This document shows, piece by piece, positions 1 to 11,632 of a stretch of DNA of 12,072 bases. Numbering within the stretch: position 1 is the stretch's first letter; each line of letters opens with the position of its first letter. The stretch spans positions 1 through 12,072 of the forward strand of contig JBBDYA010000054.1 of assembly GCA_040902005.1 (NCBI GenBank), written 5' to 3'. A program made the translations under genes and the position numbers. The notes under the pieces are model-generated. The model did no database searches and had not been told where the DNA came from. It saw only the letters and a list, made by a program, of their open reading frames with translations. This DNA comes from Gemmatimonadaceae bacterium (lineage in GTDB: Bacteria; Gemmatimonadota; Gemmatimonadetes; Gemmatimonadales; Gemmatimonadaceae).

Positions 1-592
1 CCCCCGCGGCGCCGACGCCGCGATCGAGGTCTGGGATGCGCCGCTTTCCCAGCACGGCGCGGTGCTCGTGCGCGCCCGGCACGCGTGGGCCGGCCGCGTC
101 GCCGACCGCTTTGCCGCGCTGTGCGCGGCGGTAGGCGAACGGGCGCCGGCGCGGCTGGAGTATCACACGTCGGTGGACCCCGCCGCGGAGCGCCTCGACA
201 CGGAACTCCTGGCCGCGCTCGCGGTGAAGCGCGACTCCGACCTGCGCCTTGGCCTTACCCAGACGGGTCCGCATCGCGACGATCTGACGCTATTGCTCGG
301 CGGGCGGGACCTGCGGGAGTTCGGGTCCGCCGGGCAGCAACGGACTGCGGCCATTGCGCTGCGCATGCTGGAAGCGGAAAGTCTGCGCGACGCGCGCGAC
401 ACGGCGCCGGTGTTTCTGCTCGACGATCCGTTCGCGGAACTCGACGCGGGCCGATCGGCGCGCGTGCTGGCGCTGCTGGCGGACATCGGGCCGGGACAAA
501 GCGTGCTCGCGGTCCCGCGGGCGTCGGACATTCCGCGCGAACTGACGTCCCTGCCCCTCCTGCGCGTGGACGACGGGCGGATCACGACATGA
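1..592 (+). CDS. recF: DNA replication/repair protein RecF, C-terminal part (5' truncated by the window)
   Basis: The frame is open from base 2 (PRGADAAIEVWDAPL...). It contains the RecF motifs GPHRDDL, GSAGQQRT and Walker B VFLLDDPFAELD, and lies upstream of DUF721 and gyrB. Confidence 0.95.
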   Translation, partial: PRGADAAIEVWDAPLSQHGAVLVRARHAWAGRVADRFAALCAAVGERAPARLEYHTSVDPAAERLDTELLAALAVKRDSDLRLGLTQTGPHRDDLTLLLGGRDLREFGSAGQQRTAAIALRMLEAESLRDARDTAPVFLLDDPFAELDAGRSARVLALLADIGPGQSVLAVPRASDIPRELTSLPLLRVDDGRITT

Positions 593-900
593 CCGAGCGA
601 AAGAAGCGGAAGCCCAGGAAGCTCGACGACGTGATGAGCACCGTGCTGAAGCAGGCCGGCATCGCGGATCGCGTGGCGCAGGCCACCGTCATCCCGGAAT
701 GGAGCGCGCTGGTGGGTGCCCAGATCGCGCGCGCGACGGAGCCGCTGTCGGTCACGCCGCAGGGGACGCTGTTCGTTGCCGTGAAGACCAACGCCTGGAT
801 GACGGAATTGTCGTTGCTGGAGCCCGTGCTGCTGCGCCGACTGAACGAGCGGACCGGCCGACTGCCGATCAAGAAAATCCGCTGGCAGATGCAGCGTTAG
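589..900 (+). CDS. dciA: DUF721 / DciA family replicative helicase loader-like protein, 103 aa (MTERKKRKPRKLDDVM...KKIRWQMQR)
   Basis: ATG 589-591 overlaps the recF TGA (ATGA coupling). The W-x3-VG-x2-IA-x2-T-P...GTLFVAV...AWMTEL...L pattern is typical of DUF721, and the recF-DUF721-gyrB position is classic. Confidence 0.85.
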   Translation: MTERKKRKPRKLDDVMSTVLKQAGIADRVAQATVIPEWSALVGAQIARATEPLSVTPQGTLFVAVKTNAWMTELSLLEPVLLRRLNERTGRLPIKKIRWQMQR

Positions 901-965
901 GGTCCCATGAGGAAGGCGACTGGAGCGCCGGAACATCACATAGTTTTCGACCGGCGACAAAATGT

Positions 966-992
966 GTAAACTATTGGCGCAAGACAGTTTAC
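966..992. promoter_or_regulatory. 27-bp spaced inverted repeat GTAAACT-N13-AGTTTAC upstream of the gyrB promoter
   Basis: Perfect 7-bp arms at 966-972 and 986-992 in an AT-rich intergenic patch. Function unknown. Confidence 0.45.
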
Positions 993-1007
993 GACCGCGC
1001 ATCATCG

Positions 1008-3052
<2,045 letters not shown>

Positions 3053-3066
3053 CGATTCCCCCCCCC

Positions 3067-3090
3067 GCCGCCCGCGGAAGCGGGCCCGGC
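3067..3090. terminator. GC-rich hairpin between convergent genes; possible terminator or 3' stabiliser
   Basis: GCCCGC-GGAA-GCGGGC (3070-3085, GNRA loop on +), extendable with a bulge. There is no U-tract on either strand. Confidence 0.35.
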
Positions 3091-3098
3091 GCCCGGGA

Positions 3099-3344
3099 TC
3101 AGAGCGGGTGTCGTACGTCGGCCCCGCGCGCGAGCCGCAGCAGCTGCCGCCCGATCACCACGTGGGCCACGATGAGGGCGGCGACCACTCCTCCGACGGC
3201 GATCCAGGTGACGACGGCATTGGTGGCGTCGATGCCATTGGACGACGGGCGGGAGATGAGCACCACGAGGAGGTACAGGGCCGCGAGGCCCGCGCAGGCG
3301 CCGAACGCGCCCAGCCCGGCGAGTCGTGCGATTTTTGGAGGCAT
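3099..3344 (-). CDS. Small hypothetical membrane protein, 81 aa, two predicted TM helices
   Basis: ATG at 3344, 8 nt after the phosphorylase stop. MPPKIARLAGLGAFGACAGLAALYLLVVLI...NAVVTWIAVGGVVAALIVAHVVIGRQLLRL has two hydrophobic segments with basic flanks. Confidence 0.7.
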   Translation of the reverse strand: MPPKIARLAGLGAFGACAGLAALYLLVVLISRPSSNGIDATNAVVTWIAVGGVVAALIVAHVVIGRQLLRLARGADVRHPL

Positions 3345-3352
3345 GCCGTGAG

Positions 3353-4699
3353 CTAGTCGCCGCGGGACGATTGCGCCAGCGTCTCCACGCCGTCCGCCGT
3401 AACACGGTGCGAAACGAGCGGCAGCGGCGGCTCTGCCTCGTCGGCGATCGTGATGGCAGATCGCAGCGTGCCACGACCGCTCTCGACGCCCGCCCGATCG
3501 CTGGCGTAGATGGACGCGAGCGGCTGCCCGGCCTCCACCCAATCCCCCGGCTTGGCCGTGATCACGAACCCGACCGCCGGATCGAGGCGGTCCGCCATGG
3601 TCGTCCGGCCACCACCCAGCGCGGTGATGCCGCGCCCGACATTCCGCGGCTCGACACGCGTGACGAACCCCGATCGCGTCGCCATGAACAGCTCGCACTC
3701 GGCCGCCTGCGGCAGCAGGGCGGCGTCGTCGAGCACCGCCGGATTGCCCCCCTGTCGTTCAACGATGCGGGCGAACTGCTCCGCCGCGCGCCCGGACGAC
3801 AGGGCGTCGCCGAGGGTGGCGCGCGCAGCGTCGAGGCTCCGCGCCACACCCGCCAGCACCAGCATCTCGGCGGACAGGGCCATGGTCACCTCCACGAGAT
3901 CGGCCGGGCCTTCCCCGCGCAGTGTGGCAATGGCCTCTTCGGTCTCGAGGGCATTGCCGCAGGCTCGGCCCAGCGGCCGATCCATCGCCGTGACGAGTGC
4001 CACCACTGGGCATCCGCGGCCCTTGCCCAGGTGGATCATTTCGCCGGCCAGTTCCATTCCCTGATCGAGTGATGGGAGAAAGGCGCCACTGCCGCGCTTG
4101 ATATCGATCACCAGTCCGCTGAGATCTTCCGCCAGCTTCTTGCTCATGATGCTCGACGCGATCAGCGGGATGGACTCCACGGTCGCCGTGACGTCGCGAA
4201 GCGCGTACAGCTTCTTGTCCGCGGGCGCGATCTCCGATGTCTGCCCCATCATCACGCAGCCCAGCTGCTCCAGCTGCCGACGCGCCTCGTCCATGCCGAG
4301 ATCGGTCCTGAATCCCGGAATGGATTCCAGCTTGTCCAGCGTACCGCCAGTGTGTCCGAGTCCGCGACCGGACACCATGGGCACCGCGACGCCACACACC
4401 GACACGAGCGGCGCGAGCACCAGGGAGACCTTGTCGCCGACGCCGCCAATCGAGTGCTTGTCGAGGCGGGGCCGACCCAGCGCCGACAGGTCAAAGCGTG
4501 AACCCGAATCCAGCATGGCGTCCGTGAGTGCCACCATCTCCGCGCGGTCCATCCCGCGGAGGAAGCACGCCATGAGGAACGCGGCCATCTGATAGTCGGG
4601 GACGTGGCCGGCCGCGTAGGCAAGCACCAGCGCGCGCCACTCGCCCGCGTCCAGCCGTCCGCCATCACGTTTTCGTTCTATCAATCGAATTGCGAGCAT
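3353..4699 (-). CDS. deoA: Thymidine phosphorylase / pyrimidine-nucleoside phosphorylase, 448 aa
   Basis: Motifs IERKRDG, PDYQMAAFLMA, DKHSIGGVGDK, signature SGRGLGHTGGTLDKLES, YALRDVTATV, SIMSKK, GNALE and C-terminal LGGGR...D.AVG. DeoA versus Pdp specificity cannot be resolved from sequence. Confidence 0.93.
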   Translation of the reverse strand: MLAIRLIERKRDGGRLDAGEWRALVLAYAAGHVPDYQMAAFLMACFLRGMDRAEMVALTDAMLDSGSRFDLSALGRPRLDKHSIGGVGDKVSLVLAPLVSVCGVAVPMVSGRGLGHTGGTLDKLESIPGFRTDLGMDEARRQLEQLGCVMMGQTSEIAPADKKLYALRDVTATVESIPLIASSIMSKKLAEDLSGLVIDIKRGSGAFLPSLDQGMELAGEMIHLGKGRGCPVVALVTAMDRPLGRACGNALETEEAIATLRGEGPADLVEVTMALSAEMLVLAGVARSLDAARATLGDALSSGRAAEQFARIVERQGGNPAVLDDAALLPQAAECELFMATRSGFVTRVEPRNVGRGITALGGGRTTMADRLDPAVGFVITAKPGDWVEAGQPLASIYASDRAGVESGRGTLRSAITIADEAEPPLPLVSHRVTADGVETLAQSSRGD

Positions 4700-4752
4700 T
4701 GACCGGGTTGTGCGGTAGTCCTACCCTAGGGAAGCTCTGACGAAAGTGGACA

Positions 4753-4832
4753 GTCATCCCGAGCGCAGCGAGGGATCTACAGTTCTTGAGGTTGAGTTGC
4801 AGATTCCTCGTCGCTGCGCGACTCGGAATGAC
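4753..4832. repeat. Inverted dimer of GTC-tagged palindromic units (REP/MITE-like, resembling CGTC-tagged repeats)
   Basis: The left unit GTCATCCCGAGCGCAGCGAGGGATCT (4753-4778, +) and the right unit GTCATTCCGAGTCGCGCAGCGACGAGGAATCT (4832-4801, -) flank a 22-nt spacer. Confidence 0.85.
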
Positions 4833-4872
4833 ATTCTTCAGAATTGCCCTCACCGTTTGCGTTTGTGTCTCC

Positions 4873-5625
4873 ATGAACTTGCGTCCCGCCCTGGTCGCTG
4901 CAATGGTGTCCGCCAGCCCGCTCGGCGCGCAAACCGCCGAAGCGCACATCGCGCTCGGAGATCGCGACCGCGCGGCCCGCGATGCCGTGGGCGCTCTGCG
5001 ACACTATCAGGACGCGATCCTCGCGGATCCGACCAGCGCGGGGGCCCTCTGGCGCGCGGCGCTCGGGTCCGTGGACCTCGGGGAATTCGACGACGACTCC
5101 CGGGACAGTCTGTACCGGCTCGGCGAACAGTACGCGCGCCGCGCCGTGCATGCGGACTCCCAGTCGTCCATGGCGCATTTCGCGCTCGCGAGGGCGCTGG
5201 GTCGACGCGCCCTGTCGCTCGGCGCGCGCGACCGCGTGAAGTACGCAGATGAGGTGCGCCGCGGCGCCCTCGAGTCGCTCGCGCTGGACTCGCTCAACGC
5301 CGGCGCGCTGGCGGTGATGGGCATGTGGCACGCGAACGTGATGCGCCTGAGCGGCATCTCCCGATTCCTTGCGAAGAAGCTGCTGGGAGGACAGGTGTTC
5401 GACGAGGCAAGCTGGGAGGAGGCCGCCAGCTACCTGGAACGCGCCGCGGCCCTGGAGCCCGAACGCGTGGTGCACCGCATCAACCTCGCGGCGGTGTACG
5501 CGGATATCGGCGATGCGGCCAAGGCACGATCGCAGTACGAACTGGCGCTACGGCTTCCGCAGACCGATTTCAACGATCCGAACTATCAGGCCCAGGCGGA
5601 AGCCGGACTCAGGCAGTTGCCCTAA
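4873..5625 (+). CDS. Secreted TPR-like alpha-helical repeat protein, about 250 aa
   Basis: ATG 4873 gives a signal-peptide-like N-terminus (MNLRPALVAAMVSASPLGA|QTAE). TPR-like segments include ALRHYQDAILADP, AHFALARALG, AASYLERAAALEP and ARSQYELALRLP. Confidence 0.8.
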   Translation: MNLRPALVAAMVSASPLGAQTAEAHIALGDRDRAARDAVGALRHYQDAILADPTSAGALWRAALGSVDLGEFDDDSRDSLYRLGEQYARRAVHADSQSSMAHFALARALGRRALSLGARDRVKYADEVRRGALESLALDSLNAGALAVMGMWHANVMRLSGISRFLAKKLLGGQVFDEASWEEAASYLERAAALEPERVVHRINLAAVYADIGDAAKARSQYELALRLPQTDFNDPNYQAQAEAGLRQLP

Positions 5626-5939
5626 GGTTCCGGTGCATCGGAGTCCTCAGCGCCGCGGATCCGGTCGCGTCGCGCGCGAGCAAACTGCCGCCTGGCCCGA
5701 CGGAGCTCATCGCTGAGATCTTCCCAGACATCGCGCCCCCTGTGCTTCGCACGCCTCACCCCGCGCCGCAGGTTGCGGCGGACGTCCCTCCCGGCCATGG
5801 GTGCGAACAGCAACGCGACAGTCGCACCCATCAGGAGGCCAATGGCCACCCCGACGGCCAGTGTACTCGAGGTACGGCTGGGCACCGCTGCCGGGATGCT
5901 GGCGGGGCGCGGGTTGTCTGATTTTCCTGCGTAAGCCAT
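5622..5939 (-). CDS. YtxH-domain protein, 105 aa (membrane anchor followed by a basic helical region)
   Basis: AGGAGG SD just upstream of ATG 5939. GLLMGATVALLFAPMAGRDVRRNL matches the YtxH pattern GxxxGAxxALLFAPxxGxxxR. Its TAG overlaps the TAA of the convergent TPR gene. Confidence 0.8.
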   Translation of the reverse strand: MAYAGKSDNPRPASIPAAVPSRTSSTLAVGVAIGLLMGATVALLFAPMAGRDVRRNLRRGVRRAKHRGRDVWEDLSDELRRARRQFARARRDRIRGAEDSDAPEP

Positions 5940-5952
5940 ACCCCCTCCTGAG

Positions 5953-5969
5953 TTGGTAAGGAAATTGCT
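5953..5969 (+). promoter_or_regulatory. Putative sigma54 (-24/-12) promoter facing the signalling operon
   Basis: TTGGTAAGGAAATTGCT versus consensus YTGGCACG-N4-TTGCW: GG(5955-5956)-N10-GC(5967-5968) with exact spacing and 11 of 13 defined positions matching. Confidence 0.55.
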
Positions 5970-6001
5970 GATTTCCGATTTAGGAGATATTTGAGTCCTG
6001 T

Positions 6002-6116
6002 CCGTCCGCACTGGCTTTCCAGTCGGACGGTGCCGTATTCGCTTGCCGAGAGGCGTGGTACGTATGATACCCACCGTGAAATCGTCGGGCCAAAGCACCG
6101 CCTCTCCCATGAGGAG
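6002..6116 (+). promoter_or_regulatory. Structured leader: strong hairpin plus alternative SD-sequestering pairings
   Basis: Hairpin CCGTCCG-c-ACTGG-CTTT-CCAGT-CGGACGG (6002-6030). GAGAGGCG (6048-6055) is complementary to CGCCTCTC (6099-6106), which can alternatively pair with the SD GAGGAG (6111-6116). Confidence 0.4.
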
Positions 6117-6120
6117 CCGA

Positions 6121-6510
6121 ATGAGTGAGAACGGAAAGACCGTTTTGCTGGTGGAAGACAACGAAGACAATCGCATCGTCTATTCCACCATTCTGCGTCA
6201 TTTCGGCTATTCCGTGACCGAGGCGTTGAACGGCGAGGAGGGAATTGCGAAGGCGCGGTCAGAAAAGCCGGACCTGATTCTGATGGACATTTCGATCCCG
6301 ATCATCGACGGGTGGGAAGCGACGCAGGTGCTGAAGCACGATCCGGCCACGCGGGACATTCCCATCATCGCGCTCACGGCCCACGCGCTGGCATCGGACC
6401 GCGAGAAGGCCATGGAAGTGGGATGTGACGGGTACCTCGCGAAGCCGTGCGAGCCGCGCGCGGTGGTGGCGGAAGTTCAGAAGTTTCTTGGCCGTCATGA
6501 CCCTGCGTGA
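6121..6510 (+). CDS. Single-domain response regulator, DivK-like, 129 aa
   Basis: SD GAGGAG at 6111-6116. Receiver residues are intact: LLVEDN, LILMDIS (phosphoacceptor D), LTAHA and YLAKP. 'IPIIALTAHA..DREKAMEVGCDGYLAKP' is DivK-like. Confidence 0.92.
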   Translation: MSENGKTVLLVEDNEDNRIVYSTILRHFGYSVTEALNGEEGIAKARSEKPDLILMDISIPIIDGWEATQVLKHDPATRDIPIIALTAHALASDREKAMEVGCDGYLAKPCEPRAVVAEVQKFLGRHDPA

Positions 6511-7484
6511 GCAAGCCGCAGAACCGGCCGCGCGGATCCTGGTCGTCGATGATCACGAGGACAACGTCGAGCTGCTGCGGGCGCGGTTGGAGGCCTGGGG
6601 GTATGAGGTGGAGTCCGCCCAGGATGGCATGGAGGCCCTGCGCCTGGTGGAGGCGTCTCCGCCCGACCTGATCCTGCTGGACGTGATGATGCCGACCGTG
6701 GACGGGAACGAGGTCGCGCGCCGCATCAAGCAGAACCCGGCACTGCCGTTCATTCCGATCATCATGCAGACGGCACTCGACTCCACCGAGAGCAAGGTCG
6801 AGGGGCTGGAAGCGGGCGCGGACGATTACATCACGAAGCCGATCGAGTTCGCGGAACTGAAGGCGCGGCTGCGGTCGATGTTGCGCATCAAGCGGCTGCA
6901 GGAGGAGCTCGAGGAGCGCGAGCGCCAGCTGCTGGAGGCCAACGAGCGGCTGCGCTACATGTCGCGCACCGACGCGCTCACCGGGCTCGACAACCGCCGC
7001 TACATCGAGCAGCAGCTGGACATGATGTTCGCGCATTCGGAGCGACTGGGCGAGCCACTCGCCTTCGTGATCTGCGATCTGGACCGGTTCAAGACGGTGA
7101 ACGACGAGCACGGGCATCACGCCGGCGACGCCGTGCTGAAGCAGTTCGCCGCCATTCTCAAGCGCGAGGCCCGCGAGATCGACCGCGTGGGACGCATCGG
7201 CGGCGAGGAGTTCGTGCTGCTGCTCCCGGGCACTGTCCTGGACGCCGCGGTGACGTTCGCGGAGCGGGTGCGGAAACATGTCGAGGGGCATACATTCGTC
7301 TTCGACGGCGGCAGTGTGCAGCGCACCGCGAGCTTCGGCGTCGCCGGCTGGCCACATCCGCGCATACCCGACTGCGACCGCGTGATGCGGGCGGCAGACG
7401 ACGCGCTGTACGTGGCGAAGGAGACGGGACGTAACCGGGTGGTCCGTTTCGACAGCGACGAATTCAACGCCCACACCTTGGCGA

Positions 7485-10362
<2,878 letters not shown>

Positions 10363-10370
10363 GGATACCA

Positions 10371-10925
10371 GTGACCTTCGATTTTGCCGCGAGCGGCATG
10401 GTCGGTTTGACCCACGATGCCCTGTCGGCGTTGCACGCTGCGCTCTTTCGGGACGCGGGGGCGAACGCGCCCGCCATCCTTCAGGAGGCCGGGTACGCCG
10501 GCGGAGACGCCTTGTTCGGGACGTTCACGCGCTGGTGCGCAACGCGTGGCATCGCGGTCCCGGAGGGCATGTCCGCGCCCGAGTTCGAGCAGCGGGCCAC
10601 CGAGTTCTTCGTCGAACTCGGCTGGGGACACGTCGCCGTCGCCACGCTGCACGACTCCGTCGTCACGGTCGATGCAACCAACTGGGCGGAGTCGAATCCG
10701 GCCAACGCCATGCCCTTCCCCGGCTGCTACTTCTCGGCCGGCTTGTTCGCCGACTTCTTCGGACGTATTGGGGGCGCGCAGCTCATGGCCATGGAGGTCG
10801 AGTGCCGCTCGATGGGACACGAACGCTGCCGCTTCCTGCTTGGCAGCGCGGAAACCATCCAGCACGTCTACGATGGGCTGACGAACGGCGTACCGTACGA
10901 GGACGCGCTGGGGCAGATGGCGTAA
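10371..10925 (+). CDS. Stand-alone V4R (4-vinyl reductase) domain protein, 184 aa
   Basis: GTG start with a GAGGA SD overlapping the ligA stop. Motifs AGYAGG, LGWG, PGCYFSAG and EVECRSMGHERCRF. Confidence 0.87.
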   Translation: MTFDFAASGMVGLTHDALSALHAALFRDAGANAPAILQEAGYAGGDALFGTFTRWCATRGIAVPEGMSAPEFEQRATEFFVELGWGHVAVATLHDSVVTVDATNWAESNPANAMPFPGCYFSAGLFADFFGRIGGAQLMAMEVECRSMGHERCRFLLGSAETIQHVYDGLTNGVPYEDALGQMA

Positions 10926-10932
10926 GGCGGCG

Positions 10933-11460
10933 CTACTCCGCCTCGAGGACCTCGGCGTAGAGGGGATTGGTCACCAGCTCGCCGTCGATGAGGATCTCGC
11001 GGTCCCACGGAAGGATGATGGCGCTCTCGGTGGCGAGCCCGTGGAAGTCCGGCTTGTAGTCGCCCGTGCTGAAGCCCACGGCGGTGCGCACGTCCGCGGC
11101 GCCGGCGTTGACGGCGGCCGCGACCGCCAGGCGCATGGTCGCGCCAGAGTCACAGGTCTCGTCCACGATGAGCACGCGCTTGCCCTTGATGTCCGAGGGC
11201 GCGGCGGACAGGACGGCCGGCTGTTCACGCACCGTTTCGGCGCGGAATCGCCGGCTCACGACCATTGAATGAAATTCGCGGTTGAGAATGGCGGCGATGA
11301 CGGCGCCCGGAATCACTCCCGCGGTGGCGACGCCGAGCACCACCTCGGGGTCGTAGGCGCGCGAGACCTTGAGCGCGAGGCCCCGCGACAACTCGCCGAA
11401 GAACGGCCATTCCACATCAATGACGCCCTTCGTTTGATCGTGCTTCGTGCGGCGCGGCAT
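10933..11460 (-). CDS. Type I phosphoribosyltransferase, xanthine-guanine PRTase (Gpt)-like, 175 aa
   Basis: ATG 11460 with GGAG 9 nt upstream. PRPP-binding loop GKRVLIVDETCDSGATM, plus YDPEVVLGV, KPDF and IILPWD as in Gpt-like enzymes. Confidence 0.85.
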   Translation of the reverse strand: MPRRTKHDQTKGVIDVEWPFFGELSRGLALKVSRAYDPEVVLGVATAGVIPGAVIAAILNREFHSMVVSRRFRAETVREQPAVLSAAPSDIKGKRVLIVDETCDSGATMRLAVAAAVNAGAADVRTAVGFSTGDYKPDFHGLATESAIILPWDREILIDGELVTNPLYAEVLEAE

Positions 11461-11632
11461 AACACACGACTCCGGCGTAGTGAAAGCCCTCGAGCGATCC
11501 AGCAGAATGCTTCTGCAAGAAGGGTACAAGCCGCGGTCCCGTTGTGTCATCCGCGGACACGCCCTAGCTTAGCGCACGGTGCGCATTCCGGCGCCCGCCC
11601 GGCCCGCCCTACACTCTTCCATTTCGCGCCGC

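Noticed and set aside
85..588. Long N-terminal extensions in the ORF track for DUF721 (85), and likewise for the receiver (6043), cyclase (6425), YtxH-like (6176), PRTase (11550) and small TM protein (3698)
   Set aside because: They overlap neighbouring genes or regulatory DNA. The downstream starts have SD sequences or coupling and coincide with domain boundaries.
3058..3066. C9 homopolymer after the gyrB stop as a phase-variation tract
   Set aside because: It is intergenic between convergent 3' ends, so length change would alter neither a reading frame nor promoter spacing.
4713..4729. GG-N10-GC spacing on the minus strand upstream of the phosphorylase
   Set aside because: It lacks the TGGCAC and TTGC context, so it is a chance match in GC-rich DNA.
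4665..4949. 94-aa minus-strand ORF, and the 4786 upstream extension of the TPR gene
   Set aside because: Both translate through the palindromic repeat (VIPSRAATRNL...RSLAALGMT). ATG 4873 gives a clean signal peptide.
6029..6100. Resemblance to a TPP riboswitch (GGTGCC...GCCGAGA...ATACCC...ACCGTGA) or to c-di-GMP-I (GAAA...CAAAGC)
   Set aside because: The invariant TPP elements (UGAGA, CCUGAU, GCG.AGG) and the c-di-GMP-I 5' GGCAAA and tetraloop receptor are absent. Kept only as an unassigned structured leader.
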